A stretch of 62,025 nucleotides of DNA, taken from assembly GCA_009602725.1 (NCBI GenBank), contig WELB01000005.1, positions 1,309,070-1,371,094 on the forward strand. The letters are read 5' to 3'. The stretch comes from Spirogloea muscicola (Eukaryota). The notes under the pieces are model-generated. The model was not told where the DNA came from. It made no database searches and saw only the letters and a list, made by a program, of their open reading frames with translations. Positions within the stretch are counted from its first letter, which is position 1; each line of letters starts with the position of its first letter. This document shows, one piece after another, positions 30,116 through 44,127 of this stretch. The position numbers were made by a program, and so were the translations under genes.

Positions 30116-33100
30116 ATGCCGCTCTGCGCGGGCTGCGCCGCCGCCTGCACAGAGAGCGCGGTGGCCGGCTGCCTCTGCGCCGTATGCAGCTTCGGCGGCT
30201 CCCACCGCCGCGTCTCCAAATGGATATACGCCTCCATCTTCGTCGTCACCTCGGTCGCCGCCTGGCTCATCCGGGACTACAGCCAACCTGCGCTCAAGTC
30301 TCTGTCAGGTATACTCATTGCAGCCTCCTCCCACCTTGCAGCCTCCTTCCACAAGGCTTGCTTTTCATGCTGGGAGCAACTCATTCCTGAATTGCCCTGG
30401 ATCGTTGCAGCCGTGATATCCTGGATAATTGATTTAGGATGGCAACTGGATGGGTTTATGGGTCAGGGTTGAGCACCCAAACCATGTCAAGCATAAAGTG
30501 CCTGCTCATCACGCCAATTGCATTGCTGGAGGAGTATTTGTGAGGTCTCTGGCTGATGAAATGCATAACGTCCAAAATGTAGCTAAATCAGGCATCCGAG
30601 TGATGACATTCACCTTTGGCCATCTTGTCTGTGTAGTGCTGAGGGGCTGCCAGGCTGGCCACGATTGTCTGGGAGCTGAAGGAGTCCTTCGGATCAGCTT
30701 GGGACTATTTGTATCCCACTGCAATGCACACAACGCTATAATCTCACGTGTGTGAACAAGTGAATTGGCACTTGAGTTCCATTCTAGTATTCGTGAAAGA
30801 ATAGAAGAACAGTCCAGGATGGGGCCTTGTTATGGCCATTGCCTTTTCAAAGCGCATGGACAAGACCCCATGACCTTGACCATTCCAAAAGGTCTTCTTT
30901 GCGGTCATGTGTGCCTCAACTCTGGGAACAAAGAAGACAGATGATTGTCGTGACTGGTGGCATACTGGTTGGTGGCCCTTCAAGCTTATCAGCTGGTTCC
31001 TTCTGGAGTTTCTACCATTCTTCATCCCGTCAGGATTCTTTCAAGCCTACGGTACGTATACACCACCATACCTAAGCATGGAGTTCCTCCGCTACGTGCA
31101 GAATGAATTGACCAATACATTGCCTACCAAAGGCAGGTGATTTTCAGTGTGGATTCTAGGCTCTAGAAGCACAGTAAGGCTAGTCGAACACTCTTAAAGA
31201 GCACCTGCTTACTTGCTTCCTATGTGTGGTGCAGGGGAGCTTGCACGTATTGGAGCAGGGTACATATCAAACAACTTTAACCCCCAAATTATTGCATAAT
31301 CCCTTGTATTCGGTACTATTAGGATCCCAGCTGCAGTGCCACGACCACTTATGCATCCTACTTCTGGATTATGTCATCCTTGTCCCATGCGGCATTATCA
31401 AGCCTCTATGGTGGCTTGAAGTATTCAAAGGACTGGGTTGACCTTGTAGTGGTGTTACATCTCTATGTGTTGAGCAGATAAGGTTGTCCCAAAGTAGAGA
31501 GTACCCTTGAACAACTGCCCCTGTTGTAGTCAAGTGACAGTGATCCTCCTGTCTTTCTTGCCAGGATCTTTCTGATCATTCAGCTCGTGAGCCTCCTTAG
31601 CTTCATCTACGCATGGAACGAGTCTTGGCTCTCCTCTGAGAATGAGAGAAAGTGGTGAGGAGTCCTCTGCTTAGGCAGCAAATCTTGGACTTAGTCTTGC
31701 AGTATCATCCTCACAACCTCTTAGAGCTACAAATATCTGCAACTGCAAACAAGCAGACTCTGCAAGCAGACAACTTGAAGATGCATATCTCTCTCTGGCT
31801 AATCACCTTGTCGTTTGGTTGTGGCCAGCAAAATACCTGTGATTGTAGTGGCAGCGCTGTGCTACCTGCTCAGCTTCATTGGGATCATTCTAATGTATGT
31901 CTACTTCGCCCCTAGAGCTGGTTGCGGCCTTAACATTTTCTTCATAACTTGGACCTTGATTCTCATCATAACGTACACAGCAATTTCACTGCACCCAAAG
32001 GTAGGCAATCTGCTATGACTGTGAGCACAAGGTCAGTTATGATTGTTACATGGTTCAGATGCAACATAGGCATATTTGCTTCAACATGCCTTTGACTTAA
32101 TTCTTGTCGTTACTATTACGCTTTCGAGTGATTGTCAAGTCAGTGCCAATGACCTTTGCAGGTCAATGCAGGATTGTTGACTTCTGGTGTTATGTCTACA
32201 TACATAGTGTTTCTCTGCTACTCAGCTATCATGAGGTCAGCCTGGCATCCTGCTGAAGTCTATGTACGTGGTACAGGCCTGCAGCCTGCTGATCTCGTCA
32301 TGGTCTGGTCATTTGGGATAGCTTGCTCACTTACTTTCCGCCCTTGAGATTATATGCATGTGAGCTTTCCACTATGGAGCTTATCCCGTCTCTCATTTCT
32401 GCTGTTGCTGATCTGACGATGTACAGCGAGCCTCGCTTGTATACGTGCAATACACGGCACAGACAGACAGGGCGGGGGGACTGGAGCACAATCATAGTAA
32501 GACCTTGACCCCGTGAATTTGCATTCAACAACTGAAATGCATTGAGAGTTTGCTTCGCTGATGGAAAATATGACTTAGCAAAGAAGTAGGGTACATTTGT
32601 GGGATGGGAGTCACTATTTCATCCGCGATCGAGTAAAACTGACAGATTGCTTGCCTTGTTGGTCTCAAATCGACAGAGCTTTGTGCTGGCAATATTTGCA
32701 ATCATACTGGCCACATTTACCACTGGAATCGATTCCCAGTCATTCTCTGTAAGTTCTGAATCAGACGTGCAGTGCAGTACTAGTGGTCAACGTCATGCTC
32801 TGGCAAGTAGATGCATGCTGGGTAGGTGTTATGATGCTACTCCGGCAACCAGTGTTGCATGCTATGGTGCAACATCTACTTTGGGTGGGTAATGTCATGG
32901 CTCAATACCTAAGCTTGATTGCTAAGTTGTGGACAAAGTCGCCAGAGGGCTGGCTTGTTGCTGATGCTAAGGTGGAGCTCTACGAGCTTCCTCATGTAAT
33001 GAAAGGTCTTTGCAGCCGTACTGGTGTGCAAATAATTACAGAAGTCTCTTGGTTGTGCAGCTGACAAAAATTGACACCACGCCTGGAGATGGTGATGTGC

Positions 33101-33702
33101 CCTATGGTTACGGTTTCTTCCACTTCGTCTTTGCGATGGGTAGTATGTACATGGCCATGCTCTTTCTTGGGTGGAACCTCCACCAAACTCAGGCCAAGTG
33201 AGGCAGCATGCTGTGAAACCCCCCAAATGTGCTATATCCTCAGTGTTGCAGCATGCATAGGTGGTATACATATTGAAGTTGCGCCAGATGGGGCTTAGGC
33301 ATGGCAGCACTGTGATTCCATAGGAAGATGTGGAGAATAGACTCTTGAGGATCATGGGACACCTGTTTTGATTGAAGTTGTTGGAGGTTATTAGACGATT
33401 GCCATTTGCTGCACACTGAGCACTTTCACATTCCGCGCAGGTGGTCGGTGGACACGGGCTGGGTAAGCGTGTGGGTCAAGATTGTAAATGAATGGCTGGC
33501 CGCCTTGCTCTACAGTAAGCACTCTTTCCACTTAAGATCCACTTACATGTCTAGGTCGCCAGCTGCTATGCCTTCTGAAGGTGAAGGGTCCACACAGACA
33601 GCAGCAAGCTCCTTCTTGACACGTTCTGTAATCACCCACTCTTATCTTGCAGTTTGGACCATGGTAGCGCCCCTGGTTTTCAAGGACAGGGACTTCGGTT
33701 GA
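30116..33702 (+). CDS. Serine incorporator (Serinc/TDE/TMS) family membrane protein
   Basis: Phase-consistent exons give Cys-rich MPLCAGCAAAC..., IYASIF..AWLIRDY, CLGAEGVLRISLGLF, WHTGWWPFK, YGELARIGAGIFLIIQLVS, LNIFFITWT, VNAGLLTSG, VPYGYGFFHFVFAMGSMYMAML and WVKIVNEW...APLVFKDRDFG*. Confidence 0.95.
30711..30891 (+). other. Probable U12-type GT-AG intron in the Serinc gene
   Basis: 5' end GTATCCCA, branch-like CCTTGAC at 30874-30880 about 11 nt before the AG, and no polypyrimidine tract. Confidence 0.6.
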
Positions 33703-34375
33703 GGGGCTATCTCAATCTCAATAGTTGCCTGTGGTGCAGCTGCACAAGCTTACACAGCCATTTGCACAAAGGTGTAAAATATTTCTCTTTAGCAAAACCT
33801 TCTTTCGTTCTTTCATTCTTTCATTGTTACTTTCTTTCATTCTTTCATTCGCCTATGCGGCTGATGCACATGCACTCGAATACAGGAGACGATTGATTTG
33901 TTCGGTGAGCTCTGAATCAACCAAAGCAAGGTTGTTCTAATGCAGGCGAGCCCAGACACCCAGATTCACTGGGAATGCAAGTTCGCTCGGTGTGAAGGCA
34001 GAAAATTTTGAGATGTATTTACATTTTACCATTTCCAGCTGCCAGCTTATTGGCAATGACAATTCATTCATTACCTCAACGAATCGTTTTTTGGTCTTCA
34101 ACTCTGCCGAGTTGCACATGCTGTTAGAAATGTTAGAAATGTTAGAGATGCTCAATGAAAGTCGGTTGCAAGGGAAAGAGCTGGTCTAAGCATCTGCTTG
34201 AAGGCGGCAACTAACAGTGGCACCAACATTGTGCCAGAAAAGTGCAGTGGTGCAAGGCCCACGGCTTGACTGTGTCTTCTTTGTAGCCGCTGGATATCGC
34301 TAAGGAGTCAAAGAGGAAGGTACATTATCTGTCAGTAAGCCAGCAGGCTGACTGGGGGCTTGGAAAACCTGCACT

Positions 34376-37300
34376 CTATGCTGGGGTGTTGTTGGCTGCC
34401 ATCTCGGTGTTTAACGACGTATGATAAGCAGCCTGCAGGACAACACCACCAAGGGCAACCTGTAAGCAAGTGCTGTTCACAGAGCTCGCTGTACCTTCTC
34501 ACCAAGGGCTTTGCCATCTGTGATTTGCATGTTCACGCCTCCAATGAGATCAGATTAGCGGCTCTGCGTGACCGACACGCCAAAGAAATTAGGAGCGCAT
34601 ATGGAGCTGTCTGTTTATGAGAGACGTGATTTTGGTACCTGCCGCTGCAATCTGCAGCGGCAGGCACCATGGCATGTCAGCAGACAATCAGGGCCTAGCC
34701 GTAGGTTCGAGCTCTCACAGAAGTGGAGGTCTTGAGGAGCTCGCGGATGGCCATCGTGGCGTAGCATGCTGGCGGCAGCGTGAAAGACAGCTGCACTGCA
34801 GTCCCTGCATTTGCTCCTCCAGCAGCTGCCTCCGATGCCAGCGGCGCTGCCAACTCAGCTGGCCGCTCAGGAGAGTCGAAGACGTCCGCTGCTCCTGGCT
34901 GGCCTGCGCGTCCAGCATCAAGCTCGGCTGCGCCGGCCTCTCTGTGCTCATCTTGTGCCGTCTCTGGGCCATTGTCCTGCCGGAGGCCAAGGCCCGGCGG
35001 AATTGGTGTATGCTCTGGCGCAGCGGGTGACGGGAGACCATTGGCGTTGCTGGCGAGCCTGGCGAGGTCACTCTGCGCTAGCGGCTCCAGGACGCTGGTG
35101 TATTTCATAAGCTTCCTGCACGACACAATGAGGAACACCAAAAGGTCGAGAGAGAGGGTTTAAAACACCAAATACACATGTAGCCAATCCCTGACCAGAG
35201 GTGGGCAAGAAGTTGGCAGCATCCGCCTGACATGTCATGCAAATGCTGGACGTTGAGGCCTCTTTAGCTCACACACCAATGGCTGCTTCTCACCAAAACA
35301 GGGTCAGAAACCACTCACCATTCAAGGTCTGGCAGCATCTGCAGCACTCGGCGGTAGTCTCCCTTCAGGTGCTGGACCGAGTAATCTCTGCACATCAAAA
35401 ATGTTGGACAGATTTGCAGTCAGATGGCCAACTTTAATTGCTTTCTACCTCCAGTTTGTGAATCCGAAGTACTTGTACAGGCCTTATGACCCTCAGCCTC
35501 GACTCCAAGCCCAACAGAGCCGTCCATACAGGGGCTTGCATGAAACCTTCGCGGACATGCACTTGCGACTTCTTAAGAGGGCATCTCACACATCATATGT
35601 CTGCTAAGTAGGCAATTGAGAGGACACATCTCAGGAAGGTTGGTGCTTGGCGAACTTGCACCACATTCTCGTCAGGCATTACCCTGACCCATGAAAGCCT
35701 GACGGCGCCTGGCTCACTCGACCTTGGACTCTGGTGAGACACTGGTGGCATCTATCTACAAAAGGCTACTAACGGAGAGACTCCATCTCAAGGTCTTGAA
35801 TCTTGAACCAAAAGTGGGCCAACAGCAGAGTGCATGGTGAGCGACGTACCGGACATTGTGAGGCGAGTCGGTCAAGCTTACGCCATCCTGATTGCAACAA
35901 GTACATACTTGTCATGAAGGTTAAATTAGAGAGCTATACTGGCCACCTTACATGTATGTAGACATGGACCTGAAGGATACAAACCAAATTAAATAAGAGA
36001 TTGTTGAGGTGTAGTTGGTCACCTTGGCTGCGAGACTCCGGTAGACATCTGCAACATCGTTTGCAGGGAGTACAGTAGCTGCGCTGCCAGATTCAAGCAC
36101 TAGAAAAATCAATAAGCATCAACATGGATTATCAAGTGCCTCTCTCAATTACCCCTCCTTCAATGCACTCCTCATGCACCAAAAGAGGGGCCACAATACC
36201 ATAACGGTCCAGCTATCAGCCCGCAAATGCATATAAGCACTCTATCTTGCCACCATGTTAGGCAATGCGACCATGTTGGGCAACATCACATAGGAGAGCA
36301 GAATCCAGCAGAAGCTGTTATGGATACACAACATAGACACCGCTCTCACATGCATCCATATTTCGTGATTTGCTCGACCTGAAGAGAATTGGATTTCGAT
36401 CTTACCCTGGCAGTGGCAGTACTATATCGCTGGCAGCAAATTTTCCAGAAGCAGCCTGCTCTAGTGATACAACCTGCAAATACTCCACCCCGCCCAAGCT
36501 GCCATGTCAGAGTAGGACCCACATTGGTTTAAGGTTTAAGAGTGAACTTCCGGCTCTCTGCTTCAGTCAACAGGCAATCTCGTAGGGCCCAGATGACCGA
36601 GCTATGGAGCTCAACGCTTGCCTGGATCTTAGGAACAGTGTCCTCCTTCCATGATTTGCTCTGCGCAGAACTCATTGTCTGCTATCAAAAAATTATCCAG
36701 CTCATCAAGCTTGTGAGACATCCTCCATGTACAGGGGAGCATAACATACACAGCCTACGTGCTCTAAATTGCTAGCGCGCCGACGCTTAAGTGTGGTGTC
36801 AATCAAAGCCTCCTCTCTCAGTCTGGCAAGCAGAGGGGAGCGCTTGACACCTTCTGACCACCTCCTGTGGCAGCCTCCTCTTCTGCATCTGCATCGTCCG
36901 CCACGTAACCTGCTAAGACAGAGCTCCATAAGATTCTGCTTAAGAAACCATGGAAGCTTTACCATCCCTCCATCACGACTTGGGATTGTAATACCAAAAT
37001 CCCCAGCCTGTACCACTTGCCCTATGGGCCCATCAGCCCTTTCTGACTGCAGTCTGCAAGTACTGACAGCTGTCCTAAGATGGTTGAAGCTGATGATGCA
37101 GAGAGTGTCTTGCACTCATCAAGCCAAAAAGGGAGAAGAAGCACTGACCTTCTGCATCACCCAATCCTTGGTTTAGAGAAAATTGGACCTCAACAAGGTC
37201 AGCAATGCCAGCTGAGTCACCTTGAACGAGCACCAGATCTCCTTCTACTACGGAATTGCAGCCTGAGAGCAAGTAAGGGTGCTTACTTACTGTGCCCGAA

Positions 37301-40300
37301 AGGAAAAAGTGTGTACAGCCAAGATAGACCACATTAACGTCTGCATGCTAGTGCCAAAGCAATTGCCTAATTACTTACATCCACGCTTTTGATGACACTG
37401 CCGGAGTTCCACACACACAGGTTGCTGATTACTGACATAACTTGCTCACAGTATTTACAGACTTGAATGAAGTGCTTAAAGAGGTATTAAATCTATTCAA
37501 GCTCCGAGCAGCCATTCCTCACCATATTTCTGTATCCTGTGTGATGCTGCGTGATTCCAAAGATAGCTCTGATAGCTATGCACATACCTGGACACACAAC
37601 CGCCACACCACCAGCCTTGTGAGGCACAGGAGAAATACGAGTATTGAGAGCCACAAGATGTACAGACAGCTCTGCAGTGTTCTAAGTGTGAAAAAATATA
37701 TACCGGTAATGTAAAGCTTTCGTCATGTGAACCTATCCCAACTAACAACAGATGAGATCAAGCTAACTCCTGAGAGATGGAAAAGGGCTGACATCATCCT
37801 GAGTGTCCTCGGAATGGCTCCCAGGATTTGGACCCAGTTGCCCGGCGTGCGCTGCATGCCCGAGAGCTGTGCAGAGCAGCAGGCGCTACATTCAGTACAG
37901 CCAGTGAAAGACCTGGCTGCTTAACACCAGCATACCCATGCTGCAGCACTTCTTAAGTTGGATGCAGAATTCCTGTAACGCCCATGACAAGATGCTGCAT
38001 GCTGGATCTCCATGCTTAATGTGAGCACACCAGTGCCAAAGTCTTGATCTTAGCTGCACCTAAGACTAAGACATCAAATGCCATGACTTGATATAAGAAG
38101 AGAGGTACCACGGCTCGTTCAGCAACAAGCTGGCGGGGCATTTGGAGCAGGGCGCCGCTAGCGTCCTTCGTATCAGCATAGTACTGCCGTGCGGCCCGGC
38201 TTGCTGTGACCTGTGTGGCCAATTTGGTCAAGGCAGTGCCCTCGAAGCCATCTACAGCTACCATCATGACAGTGCTTGGAGAATATGCTGTACACCTTTC
38301 TAAGACTGTCAAGATGCAAGCATGGATGCTAAGTCCATAGCACTGCCACTGAGATAGAGAAGGCAAAAAATATGGTCAGCTGGCACTGTTGTTGATGGTC
38401 GCGTCACAGTACGTTTTTGTTTGTAGTGGACAAGCTTTCTGAACAAGGATATCTCCTTCTCTTGGCTGCAGTATGAGATCAATGGCCCCCTGCCAATCGC
38501 CCCTTAACAGCGCGCAACCTATTTGATGTGTCATCACGCTTCCGCTTCCAAATCGCTGCGATTGAAGTGGAAGCACATACTGAATGATTCACATACTGAA
38601 CAATGTAGGCATGATTAAAGACCATGACAACTTTGGACATGCCTGAGATCAAAGGGGGAACAAATGGCAGCTGTTGAAGCTTGTAACAACAACCCAATGT
38701 GAGTCTTGCATAGAAGTACAATGTACATACGAACGGGAATTACCACGATCAAAGAGTGATGACCTGCAAACCGAAGTAGTTGATGAAGCCTGTCTTCTTC
38801 AGGGTTTCAGAAGCTCTTTCCACTACAGCGTCGCTATCAGCTTCCACGCCCCTGTTGCAATCGCATTTAAGCACATTCACTCCCAGAAATATTCTTCATA
38901 GACATCCTGACCCACATGAGATAGAGAGTGACAATGGAGCTTGTTGCCTTGCCGATACCTAAGGGTGATAACGAAATGATTCCCAGCAAGCTGCCCGAGC
39001 CGCAAGGGCTCATCCACATATCTGCAGGAAGCAGTCAAGGAAGATAACTGCTCAGTGGCCAGAGCTACAGATACATATGAAGATAGCACTTTGATCAGGC
39101 TCGAGCAGCGGTTGGCTCAGGCTGATATGTGGGCTTGGGTAGCATCGACATACTTAAAATTGCCCACTCGAATACCGAAGAGTCTCTGATTTAGAGCAGC
39201 CACCTTCTGCGCTGCTTGTCTGTAGACCGTTACCTGAGCAGCGGCCAATTCATGGTCAGTAGTGCCCTTAGCAGCATACCTACTCTGCTGCGTGCTTGCT
39301 TCAGTCCTTGTGGTTGATCCTTCGTGCATGAACTCCATATGTATACCCTAGACCCTGGACCCTAGTATTATCCTTCAACCCAGTGATATTATCAACATTG
39401 TACTAGTCCACTTCTGCTTAGATGCGGCAGTTTCACCTCAACTATGGCAGGTTTCCCTGTAGCTGATCATGATAGAAGAGTGCTGATCAATTCTGATTTA
39501 GTTACAAGATAACAAGCAGGCAGATTGCAACGGTCTGACTTGGGCATTGGAAGCTGTGGTGAAGTATTGAAATATTTAAGCCCTGACCTGTTGCACTGTG
39601 ACTGCCCGTTTGTCCTTAGTGCCAGCGAAGCCAAAGCTCTTTAGCTGGAGCAACAGGACAACAAGAGGTGGCAAACTTCTCTGTCAACTCATGTACCAAT
39701 ACAATGTACACATCTATATCTCAGGATCCTCTCATGATGGGAAAGAACTGCTATTGCAACATGACCTGGAGGCCCAGCATGCGAGCCAGGACTTGGAGAA
39801 CATCCTGAGTGTCCTTGTTCTCCTTCAGCAGGTGGAACCTGCACCCTCCAAGCCCCTCTCTGTCATTTAGAACACTACCTCCCTGTCCCATCAGACAATG
39901 ATCGATCACCACTGCAATGGCTGTGCAAGCCCAAGAAAGACATACATGAGATATTTCTTCCGCTCAGCTGGCCAATCATCCTTGCCCCTCATGTCAAACA
40001 AGGAATCCTGATTGCTCCTCAGTCTCTTGGGGTCTCGTGGTCTCGGCCCCGCTCTGTCTCTGCCTTGTTTCCTGCTGTCATGCTTGCTTCTGTCACGTCG
40101 ATCCTCCCCCTGAGCATCGCTGCCTCCTTTCCAAAGTCGCACACGAATGCATTTGGTAGCACCACTGTGGTCGACAGTGTCCGTCACCAGGTATGGCAGG
40201 TTGCGCTTGAAGAAGGTGTGCACTTCCTGCCTCCAGGGCCGAGGTCACACGAGAAACGACAGATCGGTTTCTCAAATCAACCAACCATATTTACAAACGT

Positions 40301-41693
40301 GCAGTGTACAGGTTCCCAAAGGGGTGGACACTGAAAGAAGGGGTGGATCATGGACGATGACACATGGCACTTAATCCTGCCCTATCAGTCAAGCTGTCCA
40401 GCTTCGCCATATGATGGGGCAGAACTTCTTTGGTGTGCAAAACCCAGACAACGTTCTAAAAGAATCACTGGTACTCATATGGTACAGCTTCACGAGGAGG
40501 TGTACACTGAGGCATCAGCATAACGTGCTCTTCATACGGTGGCTCCTTGCTATCCGCAACATGCTATGCTCACCGTGCGGTGGGCCTTGTCCATGTCAGG
40601 TGCAAGAATGATGACGTCCAAATTCTCGCCACCTTCGTCGGCCTCGTGCTGTAGTGATCTGGCTTTCCCCCCCTGGGCCTTCTTGGCAGAGCAAAGGAGC
40701 TTCTGCAGCTTGGCGGCATCTTCTGGCCGCGTGAGCTCCGAGAATGCCTCTATCACTGCTGACTCGTCCAGGCAAGGGGCTTGCTTGGCCTTGCTGGCCG
40801 CAGGACCAACGTCATCCTGCAGTCGCAGCACATGGCAGCTTCTTACACCATCTTCCATCTTCAGATATGTTCCTACTCGAAGCCTTAGCCATCCCGTGCT
40901 AAAACCCTGCACCCACCCTTAGACCTAGCTCCAGAACATACTGCTGGAGACTGCAACTCAAGGTTACACCCGTTGAGGTCGTCGAGCGGCTGGTCTTGAT
41001 TTAAGTTTGTTAGATACCCACGAGACATAATTGTCTAACACCAACTGCTTCAACTACAATTGACATAAAGCCATGATTGGTTCCTCAAAGCTCACTGTCT
41101 TGGCCATAGTAGACACCTTCTCTTTCAACCAAGAAAGATCTTCGATAAAAGCGACCAGGGACTGCGTCATGGTCAGAAAGCAGGCAATGTGTGACAAGGA
41201 TCGCAAGGATGACTAGCAGTGCAGAGTGAGGTCAGTGGCATTGCCGCCGTGCTGCTCGGACAGTCACCTCATCGGACGGGGCGCGCAGGTCGGTGAGGCG
41301 CACCACGGCGCCGGACAGCGCCACCTCGTTGACGAGGAAGTCGCTGTACCTGCCACCACGACGGCCTCGCTCATGCCTCAACCGCCGCCTTCGAGAAGGA
41401 AGCCTTCGCAGCTGGAGCTTCTGCGGCTGCCTCGGCCTGCTCATCTGGTGCTGCAACCGGCTGGACAAAAGCTGACTGCTATGGCGTGACGCTTAACGCT
41501 GCGGCTGGCAATGGCAGAGCAGCACGCGCAACGCCGCAGCGCCAGGTCTGGTTGACTGCCAGCGGCTTGAGGCGAAGCCTTGCTGGAGCAGATTGGCCAT
41601 GCTGCGTTGAGCCGACCTCTGCTTGAGGACGCCGCGGAAGCCGGCGCAGGCGCTGGCGAAGCAGAGGATCCCCACGCCGGTCTCCGCCTCCAT
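34376..41693 (-). CDS. PUS7: TruD-family pseudouridine synthase (PUS7 homologue)
   Basis: Exons give MEAETGVGI..GFRGVLKQRYSDFLVNEV, FHLLKENKDT, FGFAGTKDKRAVTVQ (catalytic Asp), LRLGQLAGNHFVITLR, GFINYFGLQRFG, MYVHSYQSYLWN, VLPLPG, GDYRRV and LSFTLPPACYATMAIRELLK. The last exon AAYHTSLN...PA* spans 34432-34376. Confidence 0.94.
38213..38452 (-). other. U12-type AT-AC intron in PUS7
   Basis: Begins ATATCCTTG, has branch CCTTGAC about 15 nt from the terminal AC, and its removal restores the frame (QPREG-E-VTASRAARQYY). Confidence 0.85.
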
Positions 41694-41831
41694 GGCACGC
41701 CGGTCGTCGCTGCCGCCGCTGCCAGCGGCGGCGCAGCGGGCACGGGCGCGGCCGCCNGGTTTCCCGTCAAGCGTCCCTTCGCCCCGCCGCTGCCGCAGTC
41801 GACCTGAAGCCGACGACTGCCGCCAGCGCTA

Positions 41832-41864
<33 letters not shown>

Positions 41865-41980
41865 TGCTCGCCCGCCCCGGCCCACCGTGCGACTGTACGG
41901 GCCTCTCGGCCTGCCCCGCGGACGCTCCAGCTCGCGCCCCGCCGCGCCGAAGAGAGTGCAGCACCGCCTGCCGCTATCCA

Positions 41981-43333
41981 ATGAGCGGCATGAAGCGCTT
42001 CCCAGACTCGTCGGCGGGACCTCGCGGCGGCTCGCGGGCCGCCCTCTTTGATGGCATTGAGGAGGGAGGCATCCGCGCCTCCTCGTCTTCGTACTCGGAC
42101 GAGATTGCGGAGCAGGACAACGAGCGGGCCGTCGACGGCCTGCAGGACCGCGTCAATGTCCTCAAGCGAGTGAGCTTACAATCACCACCAGCTCGGGGGG
42201 CACGTTGCAGAGACAGGGTCATGAGGCAACGAGCCTTTTAGCTGGATGAAGGTTAGAAATGATCTGCAGTAGGGTGTCAGTTTAGCATGTCCTAGGCGCT
42301 TTAGCTCTTCTTGGACATATATGCCGAGAGCTTCAGCGGCTACTTGATGGACGAGTTTATACATAAAAGAGCGACAGAGGATGAGATAAGATGATGACAG
42401 AGATCAGTAGGCAATCCTGACGCTGCAGCTCAGCACCAGGAGGTGCAGCAGGCTTGTATAGTCAGAGATATTCAGTTGCGGAGAAGATGCAGAAGTCAAT
42501 CTTTGCTACCAGATCATTTACGTTGATGTAGCAGTCTCTCGTCAGGCAGACTACTTACACCTATACAGAGCCTTACCTTAGCTTTTGACTGTCATTGTCG
42601 AATGTCTTGTGGTACTATTGAACTTCCCTCTTGTCAGCATTTGTGACGTGCTCTACTGTCTTGTCTATTTTGTATCGAGCAGCTGACGACAGACATTCAC
42701 GAGGAAGTGCACCAACACAATCGGCTACTTGACATGATGGTGAGCGAGTAGCCGACAGTCAGAGCTAGTGGTCCTTCTCAAGTGAATCACATTCTGCTCC
42801 TACTTCTTAGGTGACTTTGATCATATTTACCTGCTAAAGAGAAGCCACAACATCTGTAAGCATGTACTCAATAAGGAGCTTCTTAATCAGGGGAATGGCA
42901 TGGATGCGACGCGAGGGATGTTAGCTGGCACAGCTGATCGTTTCTCCAAGGTTGGTGCACAACAGTGCTACCCTTCCTTCCAACAGTGCTTACGCTTTTG
43001 ATGCCATCAAGCCAATGTTGTGTCTTGCTACTTTTAGCATAGTAGAAGCTGTTCCAAACGCTCTGTACCATATCTACGTCGCCAGAGGAATTGTGCTTAT
43101 TCACTACACCCATCATTTTTGCATGCTAGATGCGGCAATCTAATGTCAACATTGTCTGGTTTTACTTGAAAAGCTGCACTTTTGCCAGTGGCTGTGACGG
43201 CACAGCAATGAATGTTGTCTTGTATGCACTTTCCATGCAGGTATTTAGCACGAAAAGCAGCAGGAGTCTCTCCACCATCGTGGTGTCCTGTGTGGGGTTG
43301 GTTCTGTTGCTATACTTTTTGACCAGAAGTTGA
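41981..43333 (+). CDS. BET1: Bet1-like Qc-SNARE (4 exons)
   Basis: SRAALFDGIEEGGIRASSSYSDEIAEQDNERAVDGLQDRVNVLKR|LTTDIHEEVHQHNRLLDMM|GNGMDATRGMLAGTADRFSK|VFSTKSSR followed by a C-terminal TM. Confidence 0.93.
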
Positions 43334-44127
43334 GCCTTAGAAACAATCACACAATGTCTTTGAGTGCTCATTAGCAACCTGTGCAGCACGCTTTGGCTTG
43401 ACTTAGGCGCACTAAGTGATCTGCATCGCACTTTCCGTTGCTGGTGAAAGTTGGCGGGTCATGTGAGTAAAACGGTGAGGCATGCTCACATATGCGCTAA
43501 TAGTGGAGAGCAGTCAGGTGCAGATGAGAACACCTGTGCTGTTGCCTCAATCTTCAAGCTCTTTGCACGCCAGTGCGAAATTTCACTCCAGAGAGAGCGT
43601 ATATTCAAAGAATGATGGACCTGGTTGCTTAACACGGGTTGTCCAACTTGCACTTGACGGTGCCACGACGGCGGCAGCAGCATGTTGCACAACCGCCGCC
43701 GAGCATTGGCTCTACCTCTTCCTGCTTTTATTTGTGGCCATGGCAGACTCGCAGCTGTGCGCCGCCACGAGAAGGCGGCCGCTGCACGTCACTGCGCAGG
43801 GCGCACGCTGATAGATCCAAGAGAAGAAGCTGCCCCAAAATGCAGAAAGAATTAACATTGACGTGAATTTGCGTCATCAATTTGACTATTGCTGGCCTGT
43901 TGACGCTTCTCTGCGGCAGCCACCACCGCAGCCGCCGACGCCGCCGCCGCCGCCGCCGCAATCGCCGCCGCCATCGACGCACTGCCGTGCTGCGTGACCC
44001 GGGGGTGTCGTAGCCGCCGCCCCGGCGTCGGCTACTCCGCGTGCGTTCTCGTGCCTGTGGCGGGAGCAGCCGGCGGGAGGAAATTGCTGTCCTACAGGCG
44101 CTGCAGAAACGGCCCCCGAGGCAGGCC

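Noticed and set aside
35968..35980. GTATCCTT (U12 donor-like) on the minus strand within PUS7
   Set aside because: It lies inside an intron already bounded by in-frame GT-AG sites.
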